Shown here piece by piece: positions 22,041 through 32,105 of a stretch of 64,000 bases of DNA (position 1 is the first letter of the stretch; every line of letters begins with the position of its first letter). Origin of the DNA: an uncultured cyanobacterium (lineage in GTDB: Bacteria > Cyanobacteriota > Cyanobacteriia > Phormidesmidales > Phormidesmidaceae); NCBI GenBank assembly GCA_963793265.1, contig CAWBZI010000007.1, positions 384,001 to 448,000 on the forward strand. The letters are read 5' to 3'. The notes under the pieces were generated by a model that saw only the letters and a program-made list of their open reading frames with translations, was not told the origin of the DNA and ran no database searches. Position numbers and translations under genes: made by a program.

Positions 22041-22116
22041 GGCCTATCAAGAGAGTGCAGCAATTTTTCGATAACATGATTTACGAACAATACTAAAAAT
22101 TGAGGCAAAAGGTCTA

Positions 22117-23025
22117 ATGACTTCAGATTATCCTCGCGATTTGATTGGCTATGGGCAAAACCCCCCTCATCCACAGTGGCCCGACCAAGCTCGGCTCGCG
22201 CTTCAGTTTGTTATTAACTACGAGGAAGGCGGCGAAAACTGTATTCTGCACGGCGATGCAGCCTCAGAGTCTTTTCTATCTGAAATTATCGGCGCCGAGC
22301 CATTGCTAGGCGTGCGCAACTTAAACATGGAATCGATGTACGAATATGGCAGCAGAGCTGGATTTTGGCGGCTGCATCGGTTGTTTACTACGCGAAATTT
22401 GCCGCTGACCGTCTATGCGGTGGCGATGGCACTAGCGCGAAATCCAGATGCGGGTAAAGCGATGGTAGAGGCTGGGTGGGAGGTTGCCAGCCACGGCTAT
22501 CGCTGGATTGACTATCAGTATGTTGGAGAAGATGTGGAGCGATCGCACATTCAAACAGCCATCGACATCCACACCCAAGTCATCGGCACCCGCCCACTAG
22601 GTCTTTATCAGGGCCGCGTCAGCCCCAATACGCGCCGCTTGCTAGTAGAAGAAGGCGGCTTTCTGTACGACGCTGACAGCTACGCCGACGACCTACCCTA
22701 CTGGAATCACGACTACAACAAACCACATCTAATCATCCCCTACACCCTCGACAATAACGATATGCGCTTTGCCACCGCCCAAGGCTTTAACTCAGGCGAT
22801 CAGTTTTTCACCTACTTACGAGACGCCTTCGATACGCTCTATGCCGAAGGCGAGCAAGCGCCTAAAATGATGAGCGTGGGTCTGCACTGTCGGCTATCAG
22901 GCAGACCCGGAAGAGCCGCAGCGCTCGCAAAGTTTTTAGACTACGTGCAAAGCCATGAGAGCGTTTGGATTTGTCGGCGTGTAGACATTGCTCGGCACTG
23001 GCACGAGCATCACTCACCGGCATAG
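22117..23025 (+). CDS. puuE: Allantoinase PuuE (polysaccharide deacetylase fold)
   Basis: YPRDLIGYG, NYEEGGENCILHGD, ESMYEYGSRAGFWR, MMSVGLHCR. Confidence 0.9.
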   Translation: MTSDYPRDLIGYGQNPPHPQWPDQARLALQFVINYEEGGENCILHGDAASESFLSEIIGAEPLLGVRNLNMESMYEYGSRAGFWRLHRLFTTRNLPLTVYAVAMALARNPDAGKAMVEAGWEVASHGYRWIDYQYVGEDVERSHIQTAIDIHTQVIGTRPLGLYQGRVSPNTRRLLVEEGGFLYDADSYADDLPYWNHDYNKPHLIIPYTLDNNDMRFATAQGFNSGDQFFTYLRDAFDTLYAEGEQAPKMMSVGLHCRLSGRPGRAAALAKFLDYVQSHESVWICRRVDIARHWHEHHSPA

Positions 23026-23969
23026 ATCGAGATAATATTTTTACCAATAGTGTGTTCTTTCTCTGCGTAGGTATGCGCCTCAGCAATCTGCTCTAACGGA
23101 AAAATCTTGTCAATCACAGAACGAACTTTTCCTGCTTCAATCTGCGCTGTCAGATAATCAAGGTCTGCTCCATTAGCTGAAAGCAAAATCACTCTATACT
23201 GCTGACCGTTCCACGGGAAAAGAGAAAGAATACTTTTGAGATAGTTACCAGGAAAGGGCTGAGTTGTTACGTAGACACCTCTAGGCTGCAAAATAGACTC
23301 GCACGCCGACAGTGAGCTATTGCCAACAACATCAAAAACGAGGTCGTACTTAACGGTGCCCTTCGTAAAATCTTGTTGCTTATAGTCAATCACCAAGTCA
23401 GCGCCTAAGCTCTTTACAAGCTCAGCATTCTTTCCACTACACACGCCCGCAACCGTAGAGGCTCCCATCATTTTTGCAAGCTGAACAGCATAAACGCCAA
23501 CGCCACCAGAAGCACCGTTAATCAGCACCTTTTGCCCCCGCTTCAGCGCTCCTTCGTCTCGAAGCGCTTGCAGCGCCGTCATTCCAGCTAGCGGAACCGC
23601 AGCGGCCTCCTCATGTGTCATATTCGTGGGCTTAAACGCGGCTACCTCATCATCTACAGCCGCATACTCGGCATAGGCTCCTCCTGTAAGCTGATCCATT
23701 CGAGCATAAATCAGATCACCCGGCTTGAACCGAGTCACCTGCGCGCCTGTCTCTACCACTTCACCCGACACATCAAACCCCAGCGTAATCGGAAAATCGC
23801 CCCCTGTAAGTATCGCGAGCATTCCCTTCCGCATTTTCCATTCAATTGGATTAATGCTGCTGGCATACACCTTCACCAATAGCTGATCGGGCTCGATGTG
23901 AGGGCGTTTTATCTCTTCGACTTGCAGAACGTCAGGCGCTCCATAGCGGTAAATAACAGCAGCTTTCAT
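23010..23969 (-). CDS. NAD(P)-dependent oxidoreductase, MDR/quinone-reductase-like
   Basis: YGAPDVL, LGFDVSGEV, VLINGASGGVG. Overlaps the convergent puuE by 16 bp. Confidence 0.85.
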   Translation of the reverse strand: MKAAVIYRYGAPDVLQVEEIKRPHIEPDQLLVKVYASSINPIEWKMRKGMLAILTGGDFPITLGFDVSGEVVETGAQVTRFKPGDLIYARMDQLTGGAYAEYAAVDDEVAAFKPTNMTHEEAAAVPLAGMTALQALRDEGALKRGQKVLINGASGGVGVYAVQLAKMMGASTVAGVCSGKNAELVKSLGADLVIDYKQQDFTKGTVKYDLVFDVVGNSSLSACESILQPRGVYVTTQPFPGNYLKSILSLFPWNGQQYRVILLSANGADLDYLTAQIEAGKVRSVIDKIFPLEQIAEAHTYAEKEHTIGKNIISIYAGE

Positions 23970-24221
23970 GGCTATGTTCCATTCGTTTACACATTAAACA
24001 TATCGTAGGCAACCCTCCTGCTAAAAAACTCGCCCTAAAGTCGAATTCGGCTATCCGAAAATTAGATAGTTGAGCAGCACACTAAGAGATTACAAGGCCA
24101 TTAGCTAAATTACGTCCGAGTTGACAGCTATACGGCCAAATTATGGTATAGAGATAAGCAAAGGTGTCAAAGCCTCACATTTTCCGTCTTCACTACGCTA
24201 TTTTTATTCGGAGACGATGCT

Positions 24222-25565
24222 GTGCGTTTTATACCCGAAGATCTCACTCCAAAAGCTTTAGCTCAAAGGCTGCTGCCAAGCCGCCTGCTGCTCTCTGATA
24301 TTGCTGTCGGCATCACGACAGGAACATTGGGCATTCTGTTTGATCTTTCTTTCGCCGCCCTTATCTTCTCTGATAGCCTATCAGGCTATATCTCAGCCGG
24401 TGTTGGCTTTGTCCTCTTTAGCGCTGCCGCCACCCGTATTATGGTCGGGCTGATGAGTTCGTTTCCTGGAATGGTTGCCGATTTGGCTGGAATTCCTACC
24501 GCCATTCTGGCTTGGAGTACAGGCATGGTCATCAGGCAGCTTCCGACAACGGCAACCTCAACAGAACTTTTAGTCACGGTTATTGTAACGATCGCCTTTA
24601 CTTCTACGCTTACTGGCGCGTTTTTATGGCTAATTGGCGCAATGAAGCTAGGCAATGTCAGCCGCCTGCTGCCAGTTCCCGTTGTGGGGGGCTTTATTGC
24701 AAGTAGCGGCTGGCTGCTGGTAAAAGGTGCCTTCGAGGTAATGGTGAACCAGCCCTTTACCCTTGCTGCTTTAATCAATGCTGCTCAGTCCGCTAGCCTA
24801 TGGCAATGGCTACCCGGCCTGCTGCTTGCTCTATATCTACTGTTCGTGACTCGCCACCGCACCCGCTCTCTGGTAATGGCGGGGAGTATCATCGGGGCGA
24901 TCGCACTATTCTACGGCTGTCTATCTCTTACAGGTACATCGCTCTCTCAGGCAAACGCTCAAGGTTTAACGCTGGGCATTCCTTCATTACAAACAACCTG
25001 GCAGCTCTTAAGTTGGAGCGATTTACTGCAAATTAACTGGCAGGCAATTGGCAGCCAGTGGATGTGTTCTGTAACAGTAAGCGCGATTACGGCAGTGCTT
25101 TTGCTGATGAATGTAAAAGGAATGGAGGTAGCGATCGCACGCGAGATTGATATGAATCACGAGCTTAAGGTTGCTGGCCGCGCAAATATCATCATGGGCC
25201 TCGTCGGTGGTATTCTCTCTTTCCATTCATTTGGCCGTTCGATCATGGCGCACAAAATGGGTGGTCATACTCGCCTGGTGACCTTTGTCGGTGCTGCAAC
25301 CTTTGTTGTTTTCCCGCTATTGTTCTCCCCTGTGCTCACGTATTTCCCGACGACTATCTTAGGCGGATTACTGTTCTATCTAGGGCTATCGGCTTTGCTT
25401 GAGTGGGTATATCACGCTCGCAAAAAGCTCTCTACCGCTGACTATGCTATGGTTCAACTGATTTGGTTAGTCAGTGCCATTGTTGGCTTTTTACAAGGCT
25501 TGGCATTGGGATGGGCGATCGCCCTAGCTATCATTCTCTACCGAGTCACCGCCCGCGTGCGATAA
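24222..25565 (+). CDS. SulP/SLC26 family anion permease, membrane domain only
   Basis: LPVPVVGGFIASSGWLL, DMNHELKVAG. The ORF stops right after the last TM helix with no STAS domain. Confidence 0.75.
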   Translation: MRFIPEDLTPKALAQRLLPSRLLLSDIAVGITTGTLGILFDLSFAALIFSDSLSGYISAGVGFVLFSAAATRIMVGLMSSFPGMVADLAGIPTAILAWSTGMVIRQLPTTATSTELLVTVIVTIAFTSTLTGAFLWLIGAMKLGNVSRLLPVPVVGGFIASSGWLLVKGAFEVMVNQPFTLAALINAAQSASLWQWLPGLLLALYLLFVTRHRTRSLVMAGSIIGAIALFYGCLSLTGTSLSQANAQGLTLGIPSLQTTWQLLSWSDLLQINWQAIGSQWMCSVTVSAITAVLLLMNVKGMEVAIAREIDMNHELKVAGRANIIMGLVGGILSFHSFGRSIMAHKMGGHTRLVTFVGAATFVVFPLLFSPVLTYFPTTILGGLLFYLGLSALLEWVYHARKKLSTADYAMVQLIWLVSAIVGFLQGLALGWAIALAIILYRVTARVR

Positions 25566-25580
25566 CTACTCTATTTGTTA

Positions 25581-26480
25581 TTACGGCGAAGCGATCGCAA
25601 GCATAAGACCCTCGTAAGCAATGGTGGCTTTGGCAAAGCGATCGCTAATATCTTTCTGCAAACGGTCTAACGCCTGGTCATCTTGCATAGGGCTATGGTG
25701 TAGCAGAACAAACTCTTTTACGTCTGCTTTTTCAGCAATTTCTATGCCGATTTCCCAAGGCTCAAGGCTATTAGAGGGGACTGAACCATAGCGCAAGTAG
25801 CCAAGGTCAGAGTAGGTGCCATCGTAAATCAGAATATCTGCCTGATGAGCAATTTTCAAGAAGTTCAAATCGATGCACTGAGTTGGGGTATCTGTGGCAT
25901 AGACTAAAACCCGATTCTGCCAGGTAAGGCGATAGCCGAAGGCTGCTGTGAGCGGATTGATTGCAAAGGCTTCGATAGTAATGTCGTCGATTTGAAAAGT
26001 GTCTCGCTCTAAGACGGTGTGAAAGTCTAAGCTAGCTCGCATGTTTTGCAGGGGCATGGAGAAGTGAGGCTTCAGCATTTGCTCAGTGAGACAGTGCTTA
26101 ATAGATGCGCCATTAGGCGCTATACCGCCGTAGATGGAAAAATGGTTGTGAGGATTGAAAGCAGGTTGAAAGAAGGGGAAGCCCTGAATGCGATCCCACT
26201 GGGTATGTGTAAAAAATAGGTGAGCGCAAGCTGACTCTTCGGTTTGTGAGAGCGCGCGGCCTAGCCCAACGAGCCCGGTACCGCCGTCGAAGATGATGCG
26301 GCAATCGCCTATGACCACCTCCACACAAACCGTATTGCCGCCATAGCGCTGATGATCGAGTGAAGGTGTTGGTACGCTGCCTCTGACGCCCCAAAACCTA
26401 ACAGAGAAGTCTGCTTCTTTAGTGGCTGATTCTACTGCCTGCGCGCGGGGGAGGGTAACGGGGCGAGCGGTGTTGACCAT
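25581..26480 (-). CDS. MBL-fold metallo-hydrolase homolog with an altered metal motif
   Basis: FWGVRGSVPTP, YGGNTVCVEV, FDGGTG. THTQWDRIQG stands where THxHWDHIQG is expected. Confidence 0.8.
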   Translation of the reverse strand: MVNTARPVTLPRAQAVESATKEADFSVRFWGVRGSVPTPSLDHQRYGGNTVCVEVVIGDCRIIFDGGTGLVGLGRALSQTEESACAHLFFTHTQWDRIQGFPFFQPAFNPHNHFSIYGGIAPNGASIKHCLTEQMLKPHFSMPLQNMRASLDFHTVLERDTFQIDDITIEAFAINPLTAAFGYRLTWQNRVLVYATDTPTQCIDLNFLKIAHQADILIYDGTYSDLGYLRYGSVPSNSLEPWEIGIEIAEKADVKEFVLLHHSPMQDDQALDRLQKDISDRFAKATIAYEGLMLAIASP

Positions 26481-26648
26481 GAGAAGCAAAGGTGCTTTAT
26501 GAAGAGTGTGTGATCTCTAGTGAGCCCATGGTAGATGAAGGGACATCTCAGTATTTCTGTCGATTTTATGGAGAGATATAGGCGCAAAGAAGCCCTGAAC
26601 ACCTATGCTCTAAAGCACGTCTTAGAGAGGCATTCAGGGTCTTTTACG

Positions 26649-27158
26649 CTACTTTGCAGCTTTGACGCACTCGTCAATGAGAGGCTGCACCTGATCGAGG
26701 TTTTTCCAACCGAGCACTTCACACTCTTTTTTCTCTAGGTTCTTGTAGGTTTTGAAGAACTCAGCAATTTCAGCAAGACGGTGCTGATCGAAGTCATCTA
26801 AGTTTTTGATATTGGCATAGCGGGGGTCGTCGGCAGGGACGCAGAGGATTTTTTCGTCTCTGTCGCCGCCGTCAATCATTTCCATCATCCCAATAGGGCG
26901 AGCGGGAATGACGCAGCCAGGGAAGGTGGGCTGATCCATAATAACCATGCCGTCGAGCGGGTCACCGTCGTCTGCCAGGGTGTTAGGGATGAAGCCGTAG
27001 TCGTAGGGATACTGTACGGACGAGAACAGTACGCGATCCAGCGCGAAGGCGTTCAGGTCTTTATCAAACTCATATTTATTTTTGCTACCAGCTGGAATCT
27101 CGATAAGCACGTTGACGATGCCAGGCTTGGGCTGAGCGGGAATGCGGGATAAGTCCAC
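26649..27158 (-). CDS. ppa: Inorganic pyrophosphatase (family I)
   Basis: [27 protein letters not shown]. Probable GTG start at 27158 with an AGGAG upstream. Confidence 0.93.
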   Translation of the reverse strand: MDLSRIPAQPKPGIVNVLIEIPAGSKNKYEFDKDLNAFALDRVLFSSVQYPYDYGFIPNTLADDGDPLDGMVIMDQPTFPGCVIPARPIGMMEMIDGGDRDEKILCVPADDPRYANIKNLDDFDQHRLAEIAEFFKTYKNLEKKECEVLGWKNLDQVQPLIDECVKAAK

Positions 27159-27323
27159 GAGGTTCTCCTGTTTAATGGCTATTCGGTGAGGTACCGAATA
27201 GCATTCTACGGGAGAGCGGGCCTCTAGACACATACTCGCTTCTAGCTAGACTTTCAAGTATCGCTTTATGGGCCGCAGCCTTCTTATTGCCAGGCTTTGG
27301 TGAGTTTAAAGTTTTCGTCTGCT

Positions 27324-27503
27324 TTATTCTTTAGCTCGCATGGAATAGGTGGCTGGCTGCTGCTGAACGGTAATCTCGGCGCTAAAATTGGATATTGCGT
27401 ATAGCGGCAGAGCAAGCGTAGTGACGGTGATCGCAAAGCCGACTATGTTAGCAATATGGCCGGGAGGTGGTTCAGATTGACGTTCTAGACTCGCAGATTC
27501 CAT
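27324..27503 (-). CDS. 59-aa single-TM hypothetical microprotein (below the ORF track cutoff)
   Basis: Hand translation MESASLERQSEPPPGHIANIVGFAITVTTLALPLYAISNFSAEITVQQQPATYSMRAKE*, one hydrophobic helix, fills an otherwise empty gap. Confidence 0.6.
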   Translation of the reverse strand: MESASLERQSEPPPGHIANIVGFAITVTTLALPLYAISNFSAEITVQQQPATYSMRAKE

Positions 27504-27952
27504 GAAGTAAAAGAGGTAGACGCTAAGAGGATATACAGCTAGCCGGTAGCATAGGCTACATGGTCGGCTGGCCTACTATTTAAGGCAGTAGGAGGGGCTA
27601 AATGCAACTGCCTACAGGGCAAATCTGCCAAGTAAAGCTCTACCTTACGAACCTTTGACTATATAGTAGCCAAGAGTCTATAGTTCGGCACATTTGATCT
27701 CACTTTTATGACATTGTGTTTACTTATCTAAGTAAGCTGACCTTTTACCTGTGTATTATAAGCCTACGTACAGGGCAGAAGATGAATAAATAGCTGAAAG
27801 TCCTGCTGCCGGGGCTGAGATAGATTCACGAAGATATGACGTAGATGATCAAAGCCATAATGACCGTCGTCAACATCCCACTGGGTATTTAGCCTTAGAG
27901 CGCTCAAGGATTTTTGAACTGTTAGTCCCACTGCAAGACTATGCCTGCAAGA

Positions 27953-28885
27953 CTATGCCTGAGAAATCGTGGTAGAACTTTTCTTCCTTGCCGAAGATAG
28001 GAGATCTGTTTCTGTTGGCATTTTCTGCTTGGAGGCTAGCCCTACAAATTGCAGACATTGAATGAAGAAAAAGGTGAAGTCGTGTAGGTATTTGACTTTG
28101 CCGTTTTCGATGGTAATGCCTTGGCGCGCAGACCACGGGAAGGCATGATGGCAGCTGTGCCAGCCCTCTCCTAGGGTAAGAACGGCGACGAGTGGGTTAT
28201 TGCGGGCACAGTCACCCGATTCAAAGGGTTGCGTTCCGAACTTATGGCAGAGAGAATTAACGGTTGCTACACCGTGGAACAAAAGGGTTGAGCTTATGAA
28301 GAAAGCTGCTAGATATCCGGTGCCGCCGATAGCGTAAGAGAGCGCAGCTAACGCAATTGGCGGTACAAAATGCAAACGATCAACTACTCTTAGAACGATA
28401 TCCTTTTCGATATCGGCAGGAAGCTTAGAAGGGAAAAAGTTGCCAGTGAGTAGCCACTGGTAGTGCGACCACCAAATACCGTTGGGAGAAGAATGTGGAT
28501 CGCGGGGTTCGTCTGAGTAGAGATGATGCTCGTCGTGATGACCTTTCCACCAGCTTGGCCCCATTTGTCCAGATGAAGAGGCAATAATACTGCCAATCCA
28601 TTTAACAGGTGCAGGGCTGCTGTATGCTTTGTGGGTGAGTAGACGATGGTAAACGCCGGTAATTGCCAACATCCTTATCCAGTAAAGGAATGCTATCCAC
28701 AGCCAAGCGCCTACACTGAGACCGGTAAAGAGCGCTAAGCCGCAGCCTAAATGGCATATGACGATTATGGTGGGGCCCATCAGATAGGCTGCTGTCACCA
28801 ATGGGGAGTAGACCTGCTTTTCGTGCTGATTTGAGAACTGCCTAAAAGCAGGCTGCCATTTATGGGATGGACTCGTTATTGACAT
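27953..28885 (-). CDS. Membrane fatty acid desaturase, delta-9-like
   Basis: Three His boxes: YHRLLTH, HDEHH, GEGWHSCHH. Confidence 0.88.
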   Translation of the reverse strand: MSITSPSHKWQPAFRQFSNQHEKQVYSPLVTAAYLMGPTIIVICHLGCGLALFTGLSVGAWLWIAFLYWIRMLAITGVYHRLLTHKAYSSPAPVKWIGSIIASSSGQMGPSWWKGHHDEHHLYSDEPRDPHSSPNGIWWSHYQWLLTGNFFPSKLPADIEKDIVLRVVDRLHFVPPIALAALSYAIGGTGYLAAFFISSTLLFHGVATVNSLCHKFGTQPFESGDCARNNPLVAVLTLGEGWHSCHHAFPWSARQGITIENGKVKYLHDFTFFFIQCLQFVGLASKQKMPTETDLLSSARKKSSTTISQA

Positions 28886-29289
28886 TAATTCTATTTTCCT
28901 TTTGTCGATATTATCGATGCATCGATAATCATATGCTTTAGGCCAAACATCACCATTACATATTTAAGCTACATACACCATGGGCCCATAGTTGCGAATC
29001 AGTTGCAAGTCCGCCGGTTATTTTGGCCCTATTGTGATACTAGATTTATTTGTGAGTCTCTCTTCCGCTTCGCTTAGTATCGTCATGAGACTCCGTAATG
29101 ATGTCGCTCAATGCGATCGCTGCCTAAAAACCTCTTTGAAAGCCCTTGTCAAATATTTCTTATTTTGTAAACCCGTTTGCAATATTTCGTTACATATGCT
29201 ATGATAGGTACATACCGACGAGCAAAAGCAATTATTTTTTCGCTTCTGCTGTGTCATATACATATTCACTTTCACCCCGCAATCATTCC

Positions 29290-30381
29290 ATGGTTTCTAC
29301 AACTAACACTCTTCAGCGGAGCCAAAGCGCTTCTCTGTGGGAGCAGTTTTGTCAGTGGGTCACAAGCACCGAAAACCGCCTCTATGTTGGCTGGTTCGGC
29401 GTCTTGATGATTCCTACACTACTCGCTGCTACCGCATGTTTCGTAATCGCGTTCATCGCTGCTCCTCCTGTGGACATCGATGGCATCCGTGAGCCTGTTG
29501 CAGGTTCATTGATGTACGGCAACAACATCATCTCTGGTGCGGTTGTACCTTCATCTAACGCCATTGGCCTCCACTTCTACCCCATCTGGGAAGCAGCTTC
29601 TCTTGATGAGTGGCTTTACAACGGCGGCCCTTACCAGCTGGTCATCTTCCACTTCCTCATCGGCGTCTTCTGCTACATGGGTCGTGAGTGGGAGCTATCC
29701 TACCGCCTCGGTATGCGTCCTTGGATCTGTGTTGCTTACTCTGCGCCAGTCGCAGCGGCAACGGCAGTGTTCTTGATCTACCCCTTGGGTCAAGGTTCGT
29801 TCTCTGACGGGATGCCTTTGGGTATCTCGGGTACATTCAACTTCATGTTGGTGTTCCAAGCAGAGCACAACATCTTGATGCACCCCTTCCACATGTTGGG
29901 AGTAGCTGGTGTATTCGGTGGTTCATTGTTCTCAGCAATGCACGGCTCACTCGTAACTTCTTCCTTGGTACGTGAGACGACAGAAACTGAGTCACAGAAC
30001 TACGGCTACAAGTTTGGTCAAGAAGAAGAGACATACAACATCGTTGCAGCGCACGGCTACTTCGGTCGTCTAATCTTCCAGTACGCCTCGTTCAACAACA
30101 GCCGTAGCCTCCACTTCTTGTTGGGTGCATGGCCAGTAGTTGGCATCTGGTTTACCGCTTTGGGTATCTCCACGATGGCGTTCAACCTGAACGGGTTCAA
30201 CTTCAACCAGTCGATCATCGACTCACAGGGTCGCGTGATTGGTAGCTGGGCAGATGTATTGAACCGTGCCAACTTGGGTATGGAAGTAATGCACGAGCGA
30301 AATGCTCACAACTTCCCGCTTGACTTGGCTGCTGGCGAAGCTGCCCCTGTAGCTTTGACTGCTCCTTCAATCGCCGCATAG
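29290..30381 (+). CDS. psbA: Photosystem II D1 protein, standard type with Glu at the 130-equivalent position
   Basis: [39 protein letters not shown] all intact. GREWELS indicates the D1:2-like form. ATG at 29290. Confidence 0.98.
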   Translation: MVSTTNTLQRSQSASLWEQFCQWVTSTENRLYVGWFGVLMIPTLLAATACFVIAFIAAPPVDIDGIREPVAGSLMYGNNIISGAVVPSSNAIGLHFYPIWEAASLDEWLYNGGPYQLVIFHFLIGVFCYMGREWELSYRLGMRPWICVAYSAPVAAATAVFLIYPLGQGSFSDGMPLGISGTFNFMLVFQAEHNILMHPFHMLGVAGVFGGSLFSAMHGSLVTSSLVRETTETESQNYGYKFGQEEETYNIVAAHGYFGRLIFQYASFNNSRSLHFLLGAWPVVGIWFTALGISTMAFNLNGFNFNQSIIDSQGRVIGSWADVLNRANLGMEVMHERNAHNFPLDLAAGEAAPVALTAPSIAA

Positions 30382-30423
30382 TCTGAACGATTACGCTTTG
30401 GTTGAGACAACTGAATAGAAAGA

Positions 30424-30457
30424 AAAGCCCTCCGTACAGCAATGTGCGGAGGGCTTT
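30424..30457 (+). terminator. psbA terminator hairpin
   Basis: AAAGCCCTCCGTACA pairs with TGTGCGGAGGGCTTT. Confidence 0.75.
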
Positions 30458-31217
30458 CTATTGCGAGAAACAACACAATAATGATCAGGGGAGTCATTAC
30501 TGTGTTGCCTGGCGTTCCAACCAAAACGCTGCGAATTCTCCGATAGAGAAGCAAAGTCAACTTCACCCACTTCATCAATACTGGCCTACGGTTGCCGCCA
30601 GTCTCTGGTAGGTGCTGTGAAAAGGCACATTCTCACAGCGCTCAGCGGTTTCAGGCTGAGGTGTGTAATTCCGTTCCGCCTGCATAGTTTCATTCTGATT
30701 GAAGTCCTACTTGCTTGAGTATGCGGTTGCCCTGCGCTACCGACAGCGGCAAGACACGGCGAGAGAGGCGGCGCTGCTAACCGCTGCCTCTCTCGCCATC
30801 CGAGTATGGGTACTTTTGCACATTCTCTACCCAGAATCAGGGCAACTATCGTTGCTACCTCAGCCATTTCGCTACGGCGATATTCGCGATCGCCTATTCG
30901 CAAACACCTATGCCTATAGCGTTGCACCAGCAGATGCAGGAAGAAGCTCAAGAGAAATGTAGCCACTACCAGATCGATTGGCTAAATGCGGCCAAAGTTT
31001 TCTACGCCCGACGGGCCTTTCTCAGGATGCTCAGACAGCGTTTTTATCATTGGCCCCATGGCTTGCGCGATCGCCGTTGCCCCCTCATAGCACTCAATCA
31101 CCCGCAAAGCCTCATCTACAGCCCGATGCATAAGTCAGGAGCTGGTCGTATGGCAAGATGGATTAGGCATGAAGCGAACGACAACTACTACGAAAAAGCT
31201 TACGCTGTGTCACCCCT

Positions 31218-31874
31218 TCAGCTAGCAGGTAACTCAATCCAAAAGCGACTTCCTTCGCCTAACTTAGAGTCAACGCCACACTGCCCCCCCAATCGACTAA
31301 CCCCGCGCTGCATGATGGCTAGTCCAAATCCTGAACCTTAATAGGATTCACAGCCATGCAGCCGCTCGAATGGCTTAAAGATTCGATCTTGATCTTCTAC
31401 TTTGATGCCGATGCCGTTATCTTGAAAAAACCAGCGAACGGTTGATCCCTCTGCCGACTGAAGCTTTAGCTGGCCTGTCTCAGCGCCAATGTATATTTGA
31501 GGTGAGACGCCTGGTTCCACGTACTTGAGCGCGTTGTTCAAGATATTGTTGGCAGCTCTGTCTAAAATAAGATAATGTCCAACAACTTTGGGTAGGTTTG
31601 GTTGGACTTCAATAGTTGCTTGACTACTTTCAATAGTTGCGTGTAGCGCTTGTAGAGCATCATCTACAACTGCTTGTAGCGAGACAGAACCCACCGTAAA
31701 TTCAGCACGAGTCATACGACTGTAGTCCAATAGCGTTTTAAGTAACACGTCCATTTCTATAGCAGTCGATCTGATGCGCTGCAAGTACTCCTTACCCAGG
31801 GTATCCAAGCGATCGCCATAGTCTTCTAGTAAACCAAGTACAAACGCATACGGTGAGCCAAGGCCCGTTGGCAA
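31218..31874 (-). pseudogene. Histidine kinase remnant: N-terminus and H-box missing, internal stop codon
   Basis: LLEDYGDRLD...NILNNALKY...QDNGIGI...FERLH. In-frame TAA at 31338-31340 is followed by GSGFGLAIMQRGVSRLGGQCGVDSKLGEGSRFWIELPAS*. Confidence 0.85.
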
Positions 31875-32105
31875 CTGTCATCCAGCACGACAACTGACTG
31901 TCATGTTACCGCTATGACTTTGACATCTAACATACCGCAAGCTGCTTGAGGAAAAGAACATTGATGTCATGGTGTACCTATACTGTTAAAGCTACAAGGG
32001 GGATTCTGTATGTCTAATCACAGCGGTAGCTACATGCTTAATAAAGTGCTATAGCTACTGGAAAAGAGCAACTTCCAAGTGTCTCTACCAGATCAAACTT
32101 GCAAG

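Noticed and set aside
29166..29181. NtcA-like site GTA-N8-TGC upstream of psbA
   Set aside because: Mismatch in the conserved TAC half within AT-rich DNA; not distinguishable from chance.
29146..30381. Possible atypical D1 (rogue, far-red or chlorophyll f synthase) or long N-terminal extension
   Set aside because: All Mn-cluster ligand motifs are intact and the sequence is standard. The 411-aa ORF comes from an upstream TTG; the likely start is the ATG at 29290.
30402..31341. Several 70-140 aa ORFs downstream of psbA
   Set aside because: No recognisable motifs, mutually overlapping, and one is partly antisense to the kinase pseudogene.
31929..31951. CCTCA half-site with TATGTT upstream of the kinase pseudogene
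   Set aside because: Only one half-site, and the spacing is 12 nt rather than 11.
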